IMG/VR virus record: IMGVR_UViG_3300032288_003288
DNA from: a virus
Length of the DNA: 64,000 bases
Direction: 5' to 3' (one strand)
The notes under the pieces were generated by a model. The model had not been told where the DNA came from, did no database searches, and was given only the letters and a program-made list of their open reading frames with translations. This document shows, piece by piece, positions 18,391 through 27,988 of the stretch. Positions within the stretch are counted from its first letter, which is position 1. Every line of letters starts with the position of its first letter. Made by a program: the position numbers and the translations under genes.

Positions 18391-20879
18391 TAGAAAAATG
18401 CCTCCAGTGTTGCTTTCTTTTCTGACTGCCAGTCGATCTTATCGAGGATCAGGGCCAGCGCGTCCAAGTATGACTTATCGAATTGCTTGTCGTAGTCGAT
18501 GTAGCGTTCCAGATCAAACTCCTTAGGCAACTCGTCGGGACAAGAGATCACGTTGGTCGAGTATGGATTCGGGAACTTCAGATAGCAGAACTTGATCTTG
18601 TCGGCGTCTGCTATGGTCTGATATTTATTCGAGAGGCCTTTCGTCCTCACGAGATGATTAAACAAAAGACTGCCTTTGACATGGATAGGAGTGCCAGACT
18701 TGTACATCTCGGCACCACGACCTTTCCACTTTGAGATCTCAGACACTCCACGAGGGAATGCAATGGCATGGAACGGCATGGTCTTGAACTTGGTTCTAAA
18801 CTCGGTGATGTACTTCTGCAAGTCTGCTTCGGTGCCGTTCATGATGATCTCGAATGATTCCTTCAGACCGTCACGACAGAACGAAGGAGTCGAGGACTTG
18901 ACAGCCTCGATGCCCGACATCTTGAGCTTTGCCTTTTCATAACGAACGCCTTCGAGGTCCCATACATTGAGGATGTACCGCTTCTTGGCAATCCATATGG
19001 CCTTGTCGGCGATGGCTTCACGCTTCATGAACATCTTCTGAGCATAAGAACCCATTCGATCAGCCAACTGCTGATATGCCTTGTCGATGAAAGGCTCGAG
19101 AACCTTGCTGCAGATCTTGTCGACATACTCGACGATCTTTTTCTTGTCAGTCTCGTCGGGCATAGTGGACTTGATCAATGGGCCGAGACACAGATACACA
19201 GAGTCTGTATCAGAAGCCACGACATAGTCCATGTTATCGGACTTAAGTAGCTTGTTCAGATACTCGTTGAGTCTGTCTGCGATCCAACGGATCGATAGCT
19301 GACCAGACATGGTGATGGCTTCGGCGTGGTTGATGTCATACCAACGGAAGTACTTGTTGCCGAGTGCACCGTAAGCTGAGTTCAACTGAATCTTCTTGGC
19401 CATCTGCAGGTTGTTGAGTCGAGCTACTTCTTTGTAGAGCTCGCGATCCTTAGTCTTCTCATATTCCTTCTTGACCTCGATCATCTGGTTCTTGTAGTGA
19501 ACACGATCATCGTACATCTTGGCCATGATGGCACCAAGAAAACCTTGCTTGTCTTTACGATACATGCAACCATTGGCAGCTACAGACATGCCTGTATCTT
19601 CGATGCCGTATCCATTGAGGATCTGATCGATGGTAGGAAAGCTGTTGAGCTTCTCGACAAAGGTTTCAGGCGAGATGTTGTACTGCTGAATGAGGTGCGG
19701 ATAGAGTGAGTTGAGGTCGAACGAGACCACCCACGGATGCATGCCCGCTTGTACCTCCTTCACATATCCACCTACCAGAGGATCTGAAGTGGTGTTACGT
19801 GGCTTCTGCGGAACCACGATGTTCCGATCCATGAGATAGTTGTGAATGATCACGTCCCACGGATTCACAGAAGCCAGTGTGTCGTCGTAGTTGATCTTGG
19901 CGTCATAAGCCAGAGCCATGACCAACTCGATCAGCTTCATCTTGTCTTCGAGCTTCTCGATCAGGACAGTATCCTGAATGTTGTACTCGATGAATCGCTG
20001 TGGATTCCTCTTGAAAAGATCATCGAGCGACGTGTAGCCTTCGTCTCGATAGTCGACCTTCTTCTCTCCGAGCTCGACGCTGGCGATATGATCGAGTCTG
20101 TACGACTCTTGATTTGTGTAGGTAAACTTCTTATAGAGTGCCATGTAATCCATGACAGACACGCCGATGAGGTCGTATGAGGTAGACTTCTGACCGCGGA
20201 TCTCGATCTCGTATGGCTTGATGATGCCCCATGGAGACAGCAGCTTGACATACTCGTCGCCGAGGACACGCTGAATTCGATTGACGAGATATGGAATGTC
20301 GAAGAACTCGATGTTCCAACCAGTCACAATGTCAGGATTGTAGAGGCTGCCAGACCATACCTCGAGGAACGACTTCAGCAGAGCAGCCTCGTCCCAACAC
20401 TTGTAGTAAGTGACAGTAGGATCGTCAGTCTTGAAGTCTACACAGCCGAAGGTCGTCTTCTTTCCATTACGAGAGATGGTGATGGCAGTGATCTCACGAT
20501 TGGCTGTGGCGATGTCTGGAAACCCATCAGACGAGTCAGTCTCGATGTCGAGAGACACAACGGAAACGAGGGACGGATCATACTTGATCTGCCCCTTGAA
20601 ATAGTCGTAGATGAATAGGTAGATGAAGTTGGTCAGGCCGTAGATCGGCATGCCATGAACGTTCTCGTGCTTCTTCAAAAAGTCAGCAGCATCGTACATA
20701 GACGTGAAGTCGACTCGACCGACAGACTTGCCTTCGAGTGTCTTGTACTTCCCGTCGACCCCGCTCTGAACGAAGAGGTAGGGCTTGTAATCTAATGCAC
20801 GCTTGACTTGTTTACCGTTTTGAATGCCACGTACCAGGATCTTGTTGCCTTTGCGATGGACGTTCGTGTAGAATTGCAT
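18390..20879 (-). CDS. 43: Family B DNA polymerase gp43
   Basis: DIET exonuclease motif, SFDLNSLYP, KIQLNSAYG, SDTDS, KKRY. Confidence 0.98.
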   Translation of the reverse strand: MQFYTNVHRKGNKILVRGIQNGKQVKRALDYKPYLFVQSGVDGKYKTLEGKSVGRVDFTSMYDAADFLKKHENVHGMPIYGLTNFIYLFIYDYFKGQIKYDPSLVSVVSLDIETDSSDGFPDIATANREITAITISRNGKKTTFGCVDFKTDDPTVTYYKCWDEAALLKSFLEVWSGSLYNPDIVTGWNIEFFDIPYLVNRIQRVLGDEYVKLLSPWGIIKPYEIEIRGQKSTSYDLIGVSVMDYMALYKKFTYTNQESYRLDHIASVELGEKKVDYRDEGYTSLDDLFKRNPQRFIEYNIQDTVLIEKLEDKMKLIELVMALAYDAKINYDDTLASVNPWDVIIHNYLMDRNIVVPQKPRNTTSDPLVGGYVKEVQAGMHPWVVSFDLNSLYPHLIQQYNISPETFVEKLNSFPTIDQILNGYGIEDTGMSVAANGCMYRKDKQGFLGAIMAKMYDDRVHYKNQMIEVKKEYEKTKDRELYKEVARLNNLQMAKKIQLNSAYGALGNKYFRWYDINHAEAITMSGQLSIRWIADRLNEYLNKLLKSDNMDYVVASDTDSVYLCLGPLIKSTMPDETDKKKIVEYVDKICSKVLEPFIDKAYQQLADRMGSYAQKMFMKREAIADKAIWIAKKRYILNVWDLEGVRYEKAKLKMSGIEAVKSSTPSFCRDGLKESFEIIMNGTEADLQKYITEFRTKFKTMPFHAIAFPRGVSEISKWKGRGAEMYKSGTPIHVKGSLLFNHLVRTKGLSNKYQTIADADKIKFCYLKFPNPYSTNVISCPDELPKEFDLERYIDYDKQFDKSYLDALALILDKIDWQSEKKATLEAFF

Positions 20880-20904
20880 GCATGACTCCGCTAGGTTCAA
20901 GATC

Positions 20905-20912
20905 TATAAATA
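20905..20912 (+). promoter_or_regulatory. Late promoter TATAAATA for the lysis cassette
   Basis: Exact consensus 52 nt upstream of the plus-strand ATG at 20965. Confidence 0.8.
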
Positions 20913-20964
20913 CCACTGTGCGTGCTACAAGTACATAGATTTAGTAAGAATAAGGAAAATAATA

Positions 20965-21414
20965 ATGAGCTTACTATCGTTCTTCTCAGCTCCAGAAGTC
21001 ACGTCCTTTGAACAGTTAGAATTGGAAAAAGGAAAGATTCAATTAACCATCATGAAGATGGCTGCAACCATTCTTGGTGTCATCATGATGGCTGTCGTCT
21101 TTATCTTTCTGATCGGTATGTTTGTACCAAATCACTTGATCGACAACAACGAGATCTTCAAGATCATTGGACCTGCATTCTCAACGATCGTAGGTGCTTT
21201 TGTCGGTGCATTTGCTACCATGATGGGTATGAAAACTGCCGAATTTGATCCGAATGTCAAGACTCAAGAGCTAGGCAAAACAGATCATAAAGCTCTCGCT
21301 GAAGCACACAAGATCAACGCTGAAGCAGAAGGCATCGAAATCGACAACGAGATCAAGATGATGAAGGCTGTCGACGAATATCTCGAATCAGACGAAGATC
21401 ACGGTCCATTCTAA
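20965..21414 (+). CDS. Two-TM membrane protein, candidate holin
   Basis: Two hydrophobic helices; immediately upstream of the endolysin. Confidence 0.6.
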   Translation: MSLLSFFSAPEVTSFEQLELEKGKIQLTIMKMAATILGVIMMAVVFIFLIGMFVPNHLIDNNEIFKIIGPAFSTIVGAFVGAFATMMGMKTAEFDPNVKTQELGKTDHKALAEAHKINAEAEGIEIDNEIKMMKAVDEYLESDEDHGPF

Positions 21415-21424
21415 TAGGTGACAC

Positions 21425-22606
21425 ATGACACAAATAACAGAACACTTCACTTTGGCGGAACTAACGACTTCGCCGACTGCCAAGAAACTTGGCTTATCTA
21501 ATACTCCTACTCCTGAACACATCGCTAATATGAAATACTGTTGCGAGAAGATCCTCGAACCAGTGCGTGCAAAGTTTGGCCCTGTTCAAGTCAACTCCTC
21601 TTATCGAGCTCCAGCCGTCAACAGAGCCGTAGGTGGATCTAAGACTTCTCAACACGTCAATGGTCAAGCTATCGACTTCGAAGTTCCTGGAGTAGACAAT
21701 AAGACGGTCGCAGATTGGGTTGCAGACAACCTAGAGTTCGATCAGGTCATCCTCGAGTTCTACACCAAAGGCGACAAGAATTCTGGATGGGTACACGCTT
21801 CTATTAAAAAGGAAGGCGGTAATCGTCGTCAGCGTCTGATTGCGACGAAGTCGAAGACGGGAGGGACTCAGTATACTCCTGTGGCGGATTTTGACCCTTC
21901 GACTCTTCCTGGTCAATCTGCTGCAGCACGTCCTGCAACATCTGGTCAAGCCACGCCTCAATCTCGGCCAGCTCCATCTTCTTCGGGTCTCGGTCCATTG
22001 GCTGCTCTCCAAGCTAAGTGTGGTGTTACCGCTGACGGTAAATGGGGACCTGGTACTTATAAGGCTGCGCGCGCCTACTTCAAGCTTACAAACAATCAGG
22101 CTGCGCACTTCTTCGGTCAGTGTTCACACGAGTCTGGCGGGTTCAAGGTATTCTCAGAAAACCTTAACTACTCTGCAGACGGTCTGAACAAGATCTTTCC
22201 TAAGTACTTCATCAAGGCTGGCAGAAACGCTGCTCAGTATTCTCGTAAGCCCGAGAAGATCGCCAACGTCGTCTATTCAAATAGAATGGGCAACGGCAAC
22301 GAAGCATCAGGTGACGGCTGGAAGTTCCGCGGACGAGGTCCTATTCAGTTGACTGGAAAGGACAACTATCAAGCGTTTGCCAACCACATCGGTCGTCCTG
22401 ATATCATGACCAATCCTGACGTGGTAGCTTCAGAGTTGGCCTTCGAATCAGCTATCTTCTTTTTCGAAAAGAATGGGTTGTTTGCTATCGCCAACAAAGG
22501 TGTGACAGATGCCATCATTACTCAGATTACACGCAGAGTCAACGGAGGCACACACGGCCTCGATGATAGACTAAAGAAGACTAAGCAATACGCGGCTTGG
22601 GGATAA
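21425..22606 (+). CDS. Endolysin: peptidase M15A + PG-binding segment + GH19 lysozyme
   Basis: SSYR...SQH..GQAID...WVH (M15A); ADGKWGPGT; HESGGF, ENLNYS, GRGPIQLTG, NGGTHGLDDR (GH19). Confidence 0.9.
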   Translation: MTQITEHFTLAELTTSPTAKKLGLSNTPTPEHIANMKYCCEKILEPVRAKFGPVQVNSSYRAPAVNRAVGGSKTSQHVNGQAIDFEVPGVDNKTVADWVADNLEFDQVILEFYTKGDKNSGWVHASIKKEGGNRRQRLIATKSKTGGTQYTPVADFDPSTLPGQSAAARPATSGQATPQSRPAPSSSGLGPLAALQAKCGVTADGKWGPGTYKAARAYFKLTNNQAAHFFGQCSHESGGFKVFSENLNYSADGLNKIFPKYFIKAGRNAAQYSRKPEKIANVVYSNRMGNGNEASGDGWKFRGRGPIQLTGKDNYQAFANHIGRPDIMTNPDVVASELAFESAIFFFEKNGLFAIANKGVTDAIITQITRRVNGGTHGLDDRLKKTKQYAAWG

Positions 22607-22609
22607 ATT

Positions 22610-22640
22610 GAAGGGGAGCTTTCGCTCCCCTTCTTTTTTA
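22610..22640. terminator. Intrinsic terminator between convergent genes
   Basis: gaaggggagc-tttc-gctccccttc followed by a T-run. Confidence 0.85.
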
Positions 22641-22736
22641 TATAGTCAGTAATGCGTAGAAACAAAAGCCTACCATTGCAAGCACAGAAATTGCAGCGGC
22701 CCGAGAAACGGGCACGACATACTTATGATTAAACAT
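22638..22736 (-). CDS. 32-aa membrane peptide (not in ORF track)
   Basis: MFNHKYVVPVSRAAAISVLAMVGFCFYALLTI; starts just after the hsp20 stop. Confidence 0.5.
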   Translation of the reverse strand: MFNHKYVVPVSRAAAISVLAMVGFCFYALLTI

Positions 22737-22737
22737 C

Positions 22738-23250
22738 TTACTTCACTTTCTTCTGGTCTACGAACGAAGCGCCTTCGTCCTTGTCTTCATCGGTGGTGAT
22801 ATCGATCTTCTTGGGCTTGTTTTCCTCAGGGATGATGGCTTCGAGGCCGATCTTGAGGATGCCGTTGAGAAGCTGAGCACCAGCCACCTCGACATTGTCA
22901 GCAAGCGTGAAGTGCCGCGTAAACGGACGCTGAGCTAGACCATGATAGAGATATGCGGGATATGTGCCATCAGGAAGAGCTTCGTCTCCTGACTTGGCAT
23001 TGCCCTTGATAACGAGCTTATCGCCTACAAGTTCGAGTTCGATGTCTTGCTTGCCGAAGCCAGCGACAGCCATCTCGATGACGTAGCGATTCTCGTCTAC
23101 TTTCTTGATGTTGTATGGAGGATACTTGGCTTCTTGAGCCAGCTTGGCAGCCTGTTCGGCTGCGGTAGCGATCTTCTTGACTATTGGATCAAATCCAACG
23201 AAGAAACGATCGAAGTCCTTAAAGGTATGGTTAAAGTTCCATCCAGTCAT
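22738..23250 (-). CDS. Small heat-shock protein Hsp20 (IbpA-like)
   Basis: YPPYNI, IEMAVAGF, F.RHFTLA, NGILKI, P...KPKKIDI. Confidence 0.95.
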   Translation of the reverse strand: MTGWNFNHTFKDFDRFFVGFDPIVKKIATAAEQAAKLAQEAKYPPYNIKKVDENRYVIEMAVAGFGKQDIELELVGDKLVIKGNAKSGDEALPDGTYPAYLYHGLAQRPFTRHFTLADNVEVAGAQLLNGILKIGLEAIIPEENKPKKIDITTDEDKDEGASFVDQKKVK

Positions 23251-23256
23251 ATACAT

Positions 23257-23314
23257 TCTCCTTTTCAGCGAGGTTAATTAAGTCTACCCATTAGGCGTAG
23301 ACATGGTATTTATA
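23257..23314 (-). promoter_or_regulatory. Late promoter plus ROSE/ibpA-like 5'UTR
   Basis: TATAAATA at 23307-23314; hairpin GTCTAC...GTAGAC; CCTCGCT-GAAA-AGGAG pairing over the SD. Confidence 0.6.
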
Positions 23315-23734
23315 TCAAACATATTCATATCGAACGCCAGCCTCACGGAACATGGCGATCGTAATGTCCCAACGAAACTTAGGGACGTCTTCAAAGATTG
23401 GCCGTGAGACCACCCGTTTGATGCCTTTCTGAATGATTGTCTTGGCACACTCGCTGCACGGGAACAGAGGCGAGTAAAGTGTGCACCCATCAGTCATGAT
23501 AGGTGCATTGTCGAGAGCGTTGCGTTCAGCATGAGCGACGAAGAGATACTTCATCTCACGATCATCAAGACGCTCTTCGATATCGAGGACTCCACGAGGA
23601 AATCCGTTAAAACCCACTGAGACGACACGCTTCTTCTCGTCTACCACCACAGCACCCACCTTGGTGCGTGGATCCTTAGACCATGTTGCTACGTGTTCTG
23701 CCAGCTCTAGAAAACGCTGGTCCCAATTAGTCAT
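23315..23734 (-). CDS. cd: dCMP deaminase
   Basis: SKDP..KVGA, GFNGFP, HAERNA, PCSEC. Confidence 0.92.
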   Translation of the reverse strand: MTNWDQRFLELAEHVATWSKDPRTKVGAVVVDEKKRVVSVGFNGFPRGVLDIEERLDDREMKYLFVAHAERNALDNAPIMTDGCTLYSPLFPCSECAKTIIQKGIKRVVSRPIFEDVPKFRWDITIAMFREAGVRYEYV

Positions 23735-23735
23735 A

Positions 23736-23972
23736 TCAATACTCCGGGCCGTGGGTGGTATCAGTCTTTTTGTAGACCTGAAACCAGTCTACACCATAAG
23801 CAGGGCAAATGTAAATGCTTTCCGGAAGATTGTTATCATCCTTCTCGCCACCTTCGCCGCAGATAAAATAGATTTCACCAAGCTTTTCTGCCAGCACCTC
23901 ATGCTTGAGGATCTTACTAAGCTTGCGCAATTGCTTCAGTTCGCCTTCATAGGCTTCAAGTTCGAGGTTCAT
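23736..23972 (-). CDS. Hypothetical protein
   Basis: GEKDDNNLPE.IYICPAYG. Confidence 0.7.
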   Translation of the reverse strand: MNLELEAYEGELKQLRKLSKILKHEVLAEKLGEIYFICGEGGEKDDNNLPESIYICPAYGVDWFQVYKKTDTTHGPEY

Positions 23973-24204
23973 TGTAAGGATCCACTAAAATATCAGAAGG
24001 CACACACCGTGGGCCCATGTCTGTGTACGCGGGAACGAGACCTTCAGCATAACAACTTTCCATGAAACGGAAAGCCTCTTCCTCTTCGCGCGTCTGATCT
24101 TGCATGGTCGCGACCACGAGCCACGTAAACCCGATAATCAGGAGCCAAAAGAACGTACGATAAGTGAAGAATTGATCTCTGATCTTTTTCAATGTATCAA
24201 TCAT
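23956..24204 (-). CDS. Single-TM two-Cys protein
   Basis: TM followed by CYAEG...TDMGPRC. Confidence 0.65.
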   Translation of the reverse strand: MIDTLKKIRDQFFTYRTFFWLLIIGFTWLVVATMQDQTREEEEAFRFMESCYAEGLVPAYTDMGPRCVPSDILVDPYNEPRT

Positions 24205-24397
24205 ATGGAATTCCTGGATCTTGCTTCTTGCCGCTATGATGGTCGTCAGTGACGCAGACAGTCTTGGCATTGGTATGCTTGATAAGGACCTGCTGCTCCA
24301 CCTGACGACACGTCGTATAGCTGGACAGTTGCACTTCTTTCTTGTTCACGAACTCTCCGTGAGTGTCGAAGAAGAATATGATAAGCCAATACTTCAC
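24197..24397 (-). CDS. Small exported two-Cys protein
   Basis: Hydrophobic N-terminus, C...VCV. Confidence 0.6.
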   Translation of the reverse strand: MKYWLIIFFFDTHGEFVNKKEVQLSSYTTCRQVEQQVLIKHTNAKTVCVTDDHHSGKKQDPGIPYD

Positions 24398-24663
24398 TGA
24401 TTGACTACTACGCGCTCAACGATCTTGGCTTCTTTGAGATCGGCAGGTGTCGCGCAGCGCTTGCCAGCATCAGTCTCAACGTCTACCATTCCCATGGAAT
24501 AACAGATAGCCGATGCTGCTTTAGCTTCTGCCCGCTTTTGGTTATCATCTTCAATGATGCCGACCAGCATGTAAAATGTAAGTACGACCATCATAACGAT
24601 GAACATAGGAAAACTAAACAGACGATCGAAGATGGTGTTGATGATTTCCTTGGCATTCTTCAT
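24394..24663 (-). CDS. Single-TM two-Cys protein (paralog of 23956-24204)
   Basis: TM followed by CYSMG...TDAGKRC. Confidence 0.65.
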   Translation of the reverse strand: MKNAKEIINTIFDRLFSFPMFIVMMVVLTFYMLVGIIEDDNQKRAEAKAASAICYSMGMVDVETDAGKRCATPADLKEAKIVERVVVNQ

Positions 24664-24757
24664 GATATAAAAACTCCAATGATATAGGCAATCACTAGCA
24701 TGATTGCGAGGTGCATAAAACAGCCAGGATATTGCATATCTCTCTGACGTGGATGTC

Positions 24758-25048
24758 TCAACGGAAGGCTCCTATCAGGAGGATCCCCACGATGAAGGCA
24801 TTGACCGTAAAGAGTGCATTGTCTTTAGTCTTGGCTGCAACTCCTGCCCATAGCAGACCTCCTGCAATGGACAATGCGATGTCAGCTGCGTGTACATCAA
24901 AGGCTCGGCATGCTGCAGCTGCTACGACACATGCCGTTCCTATCCATTTTATCGCATTAAGCACTTGCTTTGGCCTTTTCTTTGTGAATTGCCCACTTAT
25001 GGTAGAGGCCAATCTCGCGGCCGTAGGCCTCGATTTCCCATGGCGCAT
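24758..25048 (-). CDS. Small multi-TM membrane protein (true start probably near 24970)
   Basis: IKWIGTACVV...ALFTVNAFIVGILLIG. Confidence 0.6.
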   Translation of the reverse strand: MRHGKSRPTAARLASTISGQFTKKRPKQVLNAIKWIGTACVVAAAACRAFDVHAADIALSIAGGLLWAGVAAKTKDNALFTVNAFIVGILLIGAFR

Positions 25049-25445
25049 CGAAGTATTCGTCTTCGTGTGCAGCCGGAGTCCAGTATTCTCCCTTCCAGCG
25101 AGTGGCCATCTTGAAGCCTTTGCCTTTGGCGATGGTCAGTTCCTTGCCAAGCTCGTTGCGAATGTACTGCTTGACATGGACCATTTCATGGGCCAAAGTC
25201 CGAATCAGAGGATCGTCTCCACGCTTGCCGCGGAGGGTGATGGTGAACCAACGGGGGTTCTTGATGCCGTCCTCGTCGGCGCACTCGCCTTCATTGTCGA
25301 GCTTCTTGTCACGCTCAATATCGAGCTGATACCCGATGCGGCCTAAGCCGAGCGCTTTCGAGAAGAACAGCGCTGCTTCCCTGAGCTCGACGACCTGTTC
25401 TTCGGTGAAGCCTGTGACATTGATCTGCATTCTCTTCCTTTCCAA
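24957..25445 (-). CDS. HExxH metallopeptidase-like protein
   Basis: TLAHEMVHVKQY...PWEIEAY; promoter 25456-25484. Confidence 0.8.
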   Translation of the reverse strand: MERKRMQINVTGFTEEQVVELREAALFFSKALGLGRIGYQLDIERDKKLDNEGECADEDGIKNPRWFTITLRGKRGDDPLIRTLAHEMVHVKQYIRNELGKELTIAKGKGFKMATRWKGEYWTPAAHEDEYFDAPWEIEAYGREIGLYHKWAIHKEKAKASA

Positions 25446-25513
25446 TTATAGGTCCATTATACCCCAAAACCAATAATATGTACATAGAAAAGATTTCTTT
25501 TCAAATCAAAGAC

Positions 25514-25714
25514 TTACCGCTTGAACGCAGAATTAAGCAACCATTTCATACAGATGTAAGGCAGAGCCAGAGCTAGTCCCAAGAGCCACAACGAAAAATA
25601 AATCGCTATCATGGCCACTATGGCGCTGACTCCCAGAGCAAACAATATAACTATTGTCAGAATCTGAGCTATCTCAGAAGCCAAGAAGGCTAACTCTTTA
25701 AGCATCTTCATCAC
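25514..25714 (-). CDS. Small membrane protein
   Basis: Hydrophobic ORF. Confidence 0.55.
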   Translation of the reverse strand: MMKMLKELAFLASEIAQILTIVILFALGVSAIVAMIAIYFSLWLLGLALALPYICMKWLLNSAFKR

Positions 25715-25941
25715 TTACTACGCCTACGTGTTTTTGAAAAGAACGTGTTAGATAGCTCTTCATAGTTTGTCCAGGTGAATTCTTTAGACTCACACTTAGG
25801 ACAGCCGGCTGAGCCAGACTCTTCTTCCCATTCGTGACCACACTTTTCATTGTCACAACGAAACTTACCGATCCACTTCATTTCATACTCCTTGTAATTC
25901 TCCACCGATCGACTTAAAGTATAGTGCTGCGTCTTTTTCAA
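25711..25941 (-). CDS. Small Zn-ribbon protein
   Basis: CDNEKC...CPKC. Confidence 0.55.
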   Translation of the reverse strand: MKKTQHYTLSRSVENYKEYEMKWIGKFRCDNEKCGHEWEEESGSAGCPKCESKEFTWTNYEELSNTFFSKTRRRSK

Positions 25942-26578
25942 AGAAGTAAGAGTTGTTTTGCTTCTGAGGCTTGCCAGTGTAGCGCGTCTCAGCGATCTTT
26001 ACAAACTTCTCAGGCACAAGAGGCAACACTTCTGCCTCAAGCTTCTGTCCTTCCCAACAAGACACTGTCTCTAACTCGAGCTTCATGGAAACTACGTTCT
26101 GCAGAAACTTCTGAGCTCCTTGCAGGATCTCATACGCTGCTCCCTCTGCATCCACAATCAGGCTGAACGTCTTTCCTTGCGAGAGCGGGACTTCGAAGTA
26201 GTCGTCCAGAGTACTACATGGCGTTGTATATGTCTCGAACATGGTAGCGTTATCTACCATATGAATTCCAGAAACTCTGTCGTTACCACGAGTATGCTCT
26301 CTTCCAGCATCGTCGATCCTGCTCACAGGTCTATATATCTCTGTAGATCCAGTATGATTGGTGATGGTCATGTAGTTGACCGGTTTGCCTAGACAGCGCT
26401 TAAAATAATTGATCGGGTTACACTCGAACCCGATCAACCTGCTGTATGGACTAAACGTGCCGTAGGTCTTGAGACTCTCTCCGTCAAAACTACCGACTTC
26501 AACGATGAAGTCTGGGACTAACATACTGTTGGTCAGACCAAACAGCTTGTCTAAGACTGGTTCTCTATTGTAGATCAT
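25883..26578 (-). CDS. FkbM-family methyltransferase
   Basis: VEVGSFDG, FECNP, TLDDY, VDAEGAAYEILQGA. Confidence 0.85.
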   Translation of the reverse strand: MIYNREPVLDKLFGLTNSMLVPDFIVEVGSFDGESLKTYGTFSPYSRLIGFECNPINYFKRCLGKPVNYMTITNHTGSTEIYRPVSRIDDAGREHTRGNDRVSGIHMVDNATMFETYTTPCSTLDDYFEVPLSQGKTFSLIVDAEGAAYEILQGAQKFLQNVVSMKLELETVSCWEGQKLEAEVLPLVPEKFVKIAETRYTGKPQKQNNSYFFEKDAALYFKSIGGELQGV

Positions 26579-26764
26579 TATCTGTAGGATACTTTCCTGG
26601 AAACATGGCTTCGTCTAGGTTTCCCCAATCGATGTCATCGAGCTTATCTAGTTCGTCCTTCAGAAGACGGTAGCCGATATAGCCTATAGCAGCCAGAGCT
26701 GCCACTCCTACTAAAAGTGCAGTCGTGTTTTTCTTTGCCATATCGGCTACCTTTCTCTCACATA

Positions 26765-27241
26765 TTAGAAGCGGAGGCCGACGCCGACCAGACCGCCATG
26801 CTTGCCCTGACCACCTTCGAAGTCAGTATAGCGATACTCTGCCTTGGCATAGACCGGGCCAGCGAGGTTCACTTCAAGACCACCGCCGAGACGAAGGCCT
26901 TCGGTGTCAACGCCAGCTGCCTGACGCCAGTTCGAGTAACCTGCCTTGCCATAGACAAGCACGTTCTCGTTCAACACGTAGCCGAGTCGAGCACCAACGC
27001 CGATATCACGACGATCGAACACGTTGTCCACGTTGGCTTCAACGCCAGCTACGATGTTACCGAACTGAAGGTCGTAGCCGACGCCAGCACCGTAGGTCAC
27101 ATCAGTAGGATCAACGCCAGCTGTCACGTCATCAGCTCCGGCTGTAACTTCCACACGAGGACCAGCGAAGTCGCCAGCCAGTGCAGGAGTCGCAAACATT
27201 GCCGCAGCAGCTGCAGCGGTCGTAATCATCAGATTCTTCAT
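26765..27241 (-). CDS. Outer-membrane beta-barrel protein (Omp25/OmpA-TM-like)
   Basis: Signal peptide ATPALA, GVGYD, RLGY, KAEYRY, C-terminal Phe. Confidence 0.9.
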   Translation of the reverse strand: MKNLMITTAAAAAAMFATPALAGDFAGPRVEVTAGADDVTAGVDPTDVTYGAGVGYDLQFGNIVAGVEANVDNVFDRRDIGVGARLGYVLNENVLVYGKAGYSNWRQAAGVDTEGLRLGGGLEVNLAGPVYAKAEYRYTDFEGGQGKHGGLVGVGLRF

Positions 27242-27280
27242 ATTAATTACCTCATTTGTTTCAATAATGATTGATATGGC

Positions 27281-27406
27281 TCAATCATAGGCCTCTGACA
27301 GTCGGTGAATCACAGACTGCCAAAACTCTTTAAACTTGGGATCTTGCGCATTCATCATGGCTCGACGAGCGTTGACGATACGGCGCAGAGTGATAGCGGG
27401 AATCAT
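27281..27406 (-). CDS. 41-aa hypothetical protein (not in ORF track)
   Basis: MIPAITLRRIVNARRAMMNAQDPKFKEFW...; coupled to the prx stop. Confidence 0.55.
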   Translation of the reverse strand: MIPAITLRRIVNARRAMMNAQDPKFKEFWQSVIHRLSEAYD

Positions 27407-27981
27407 TAGCTGTTTTCCTTCAACCAATTCAGGATATTTTCTGGAGAGGTTTCACCATATGGATCAGTCTCACAGTTCCAGGTCTTTCCAGGTTCAACGA
27501 ACCACTTCTCGATCTTGCCGTTGTTGACGACGCAAGCGTAACGCCAAGACCGATATCCGAAGCCAAGATTGAACTTTCCTGTTTCCATACGCATGGCACT
27601 CGTAAACTCACTGTTGCCATCAGGAATAACTTTGACCTTCTTGATCTTCTGATCCTTAGCCCACTTGTTCATGACAAAGGCATCGTTGACGGAGATGCAA
27701 TAGATGTCCTTGATGCCGAGAGCCTTGAACTCAGAAAACTTTTCTTCAAAGCCAGGAAGCTGGTATGTAGAACAGGTGGGTGTGAAGGCGCCAGGAAGTG
27801 AGAAGAGGACTACGCGCTTACCAGCAAAAAGCTCAAACGTGGTCACGTCTTGCCAGCGATATGGATTAGATCCACCAATCGACTCATCCCTGATGCGGGT
27901 TTTAAACACTACAGAAGGAACTACTTCAGGCAGATCAGTATACTCTTCAATTCCCTCTGAAGAAACTAATTTATTATTCAT
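27406..27981 (-). CDS. Peroxiredoxin (Prx5/redoxin family)
   Basis: LPGAFTPTCS, SVNDAFVM, PDGN, RSWRYA. Confidence 0.95.
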   Translation of the reverse strand: MNNKLVSSEGIEEYTDLPEVVPSVVFKTRIRDESIGGSNPYRWQDVTTFELFAGKRVVLFSLPGAFTPTCSTYQLPGFEEKFSEFKALGIKDIYCISVNDAFVMNKWAKDQKIKKVKVIPDGNSEFTSAMRMETGKFNLGFGYRSWRYACVVNNGKIEKWFVEPGKTWNCETDPYGETSPENILNWLKENS

Positions 27982-27988
27982 GATAACC

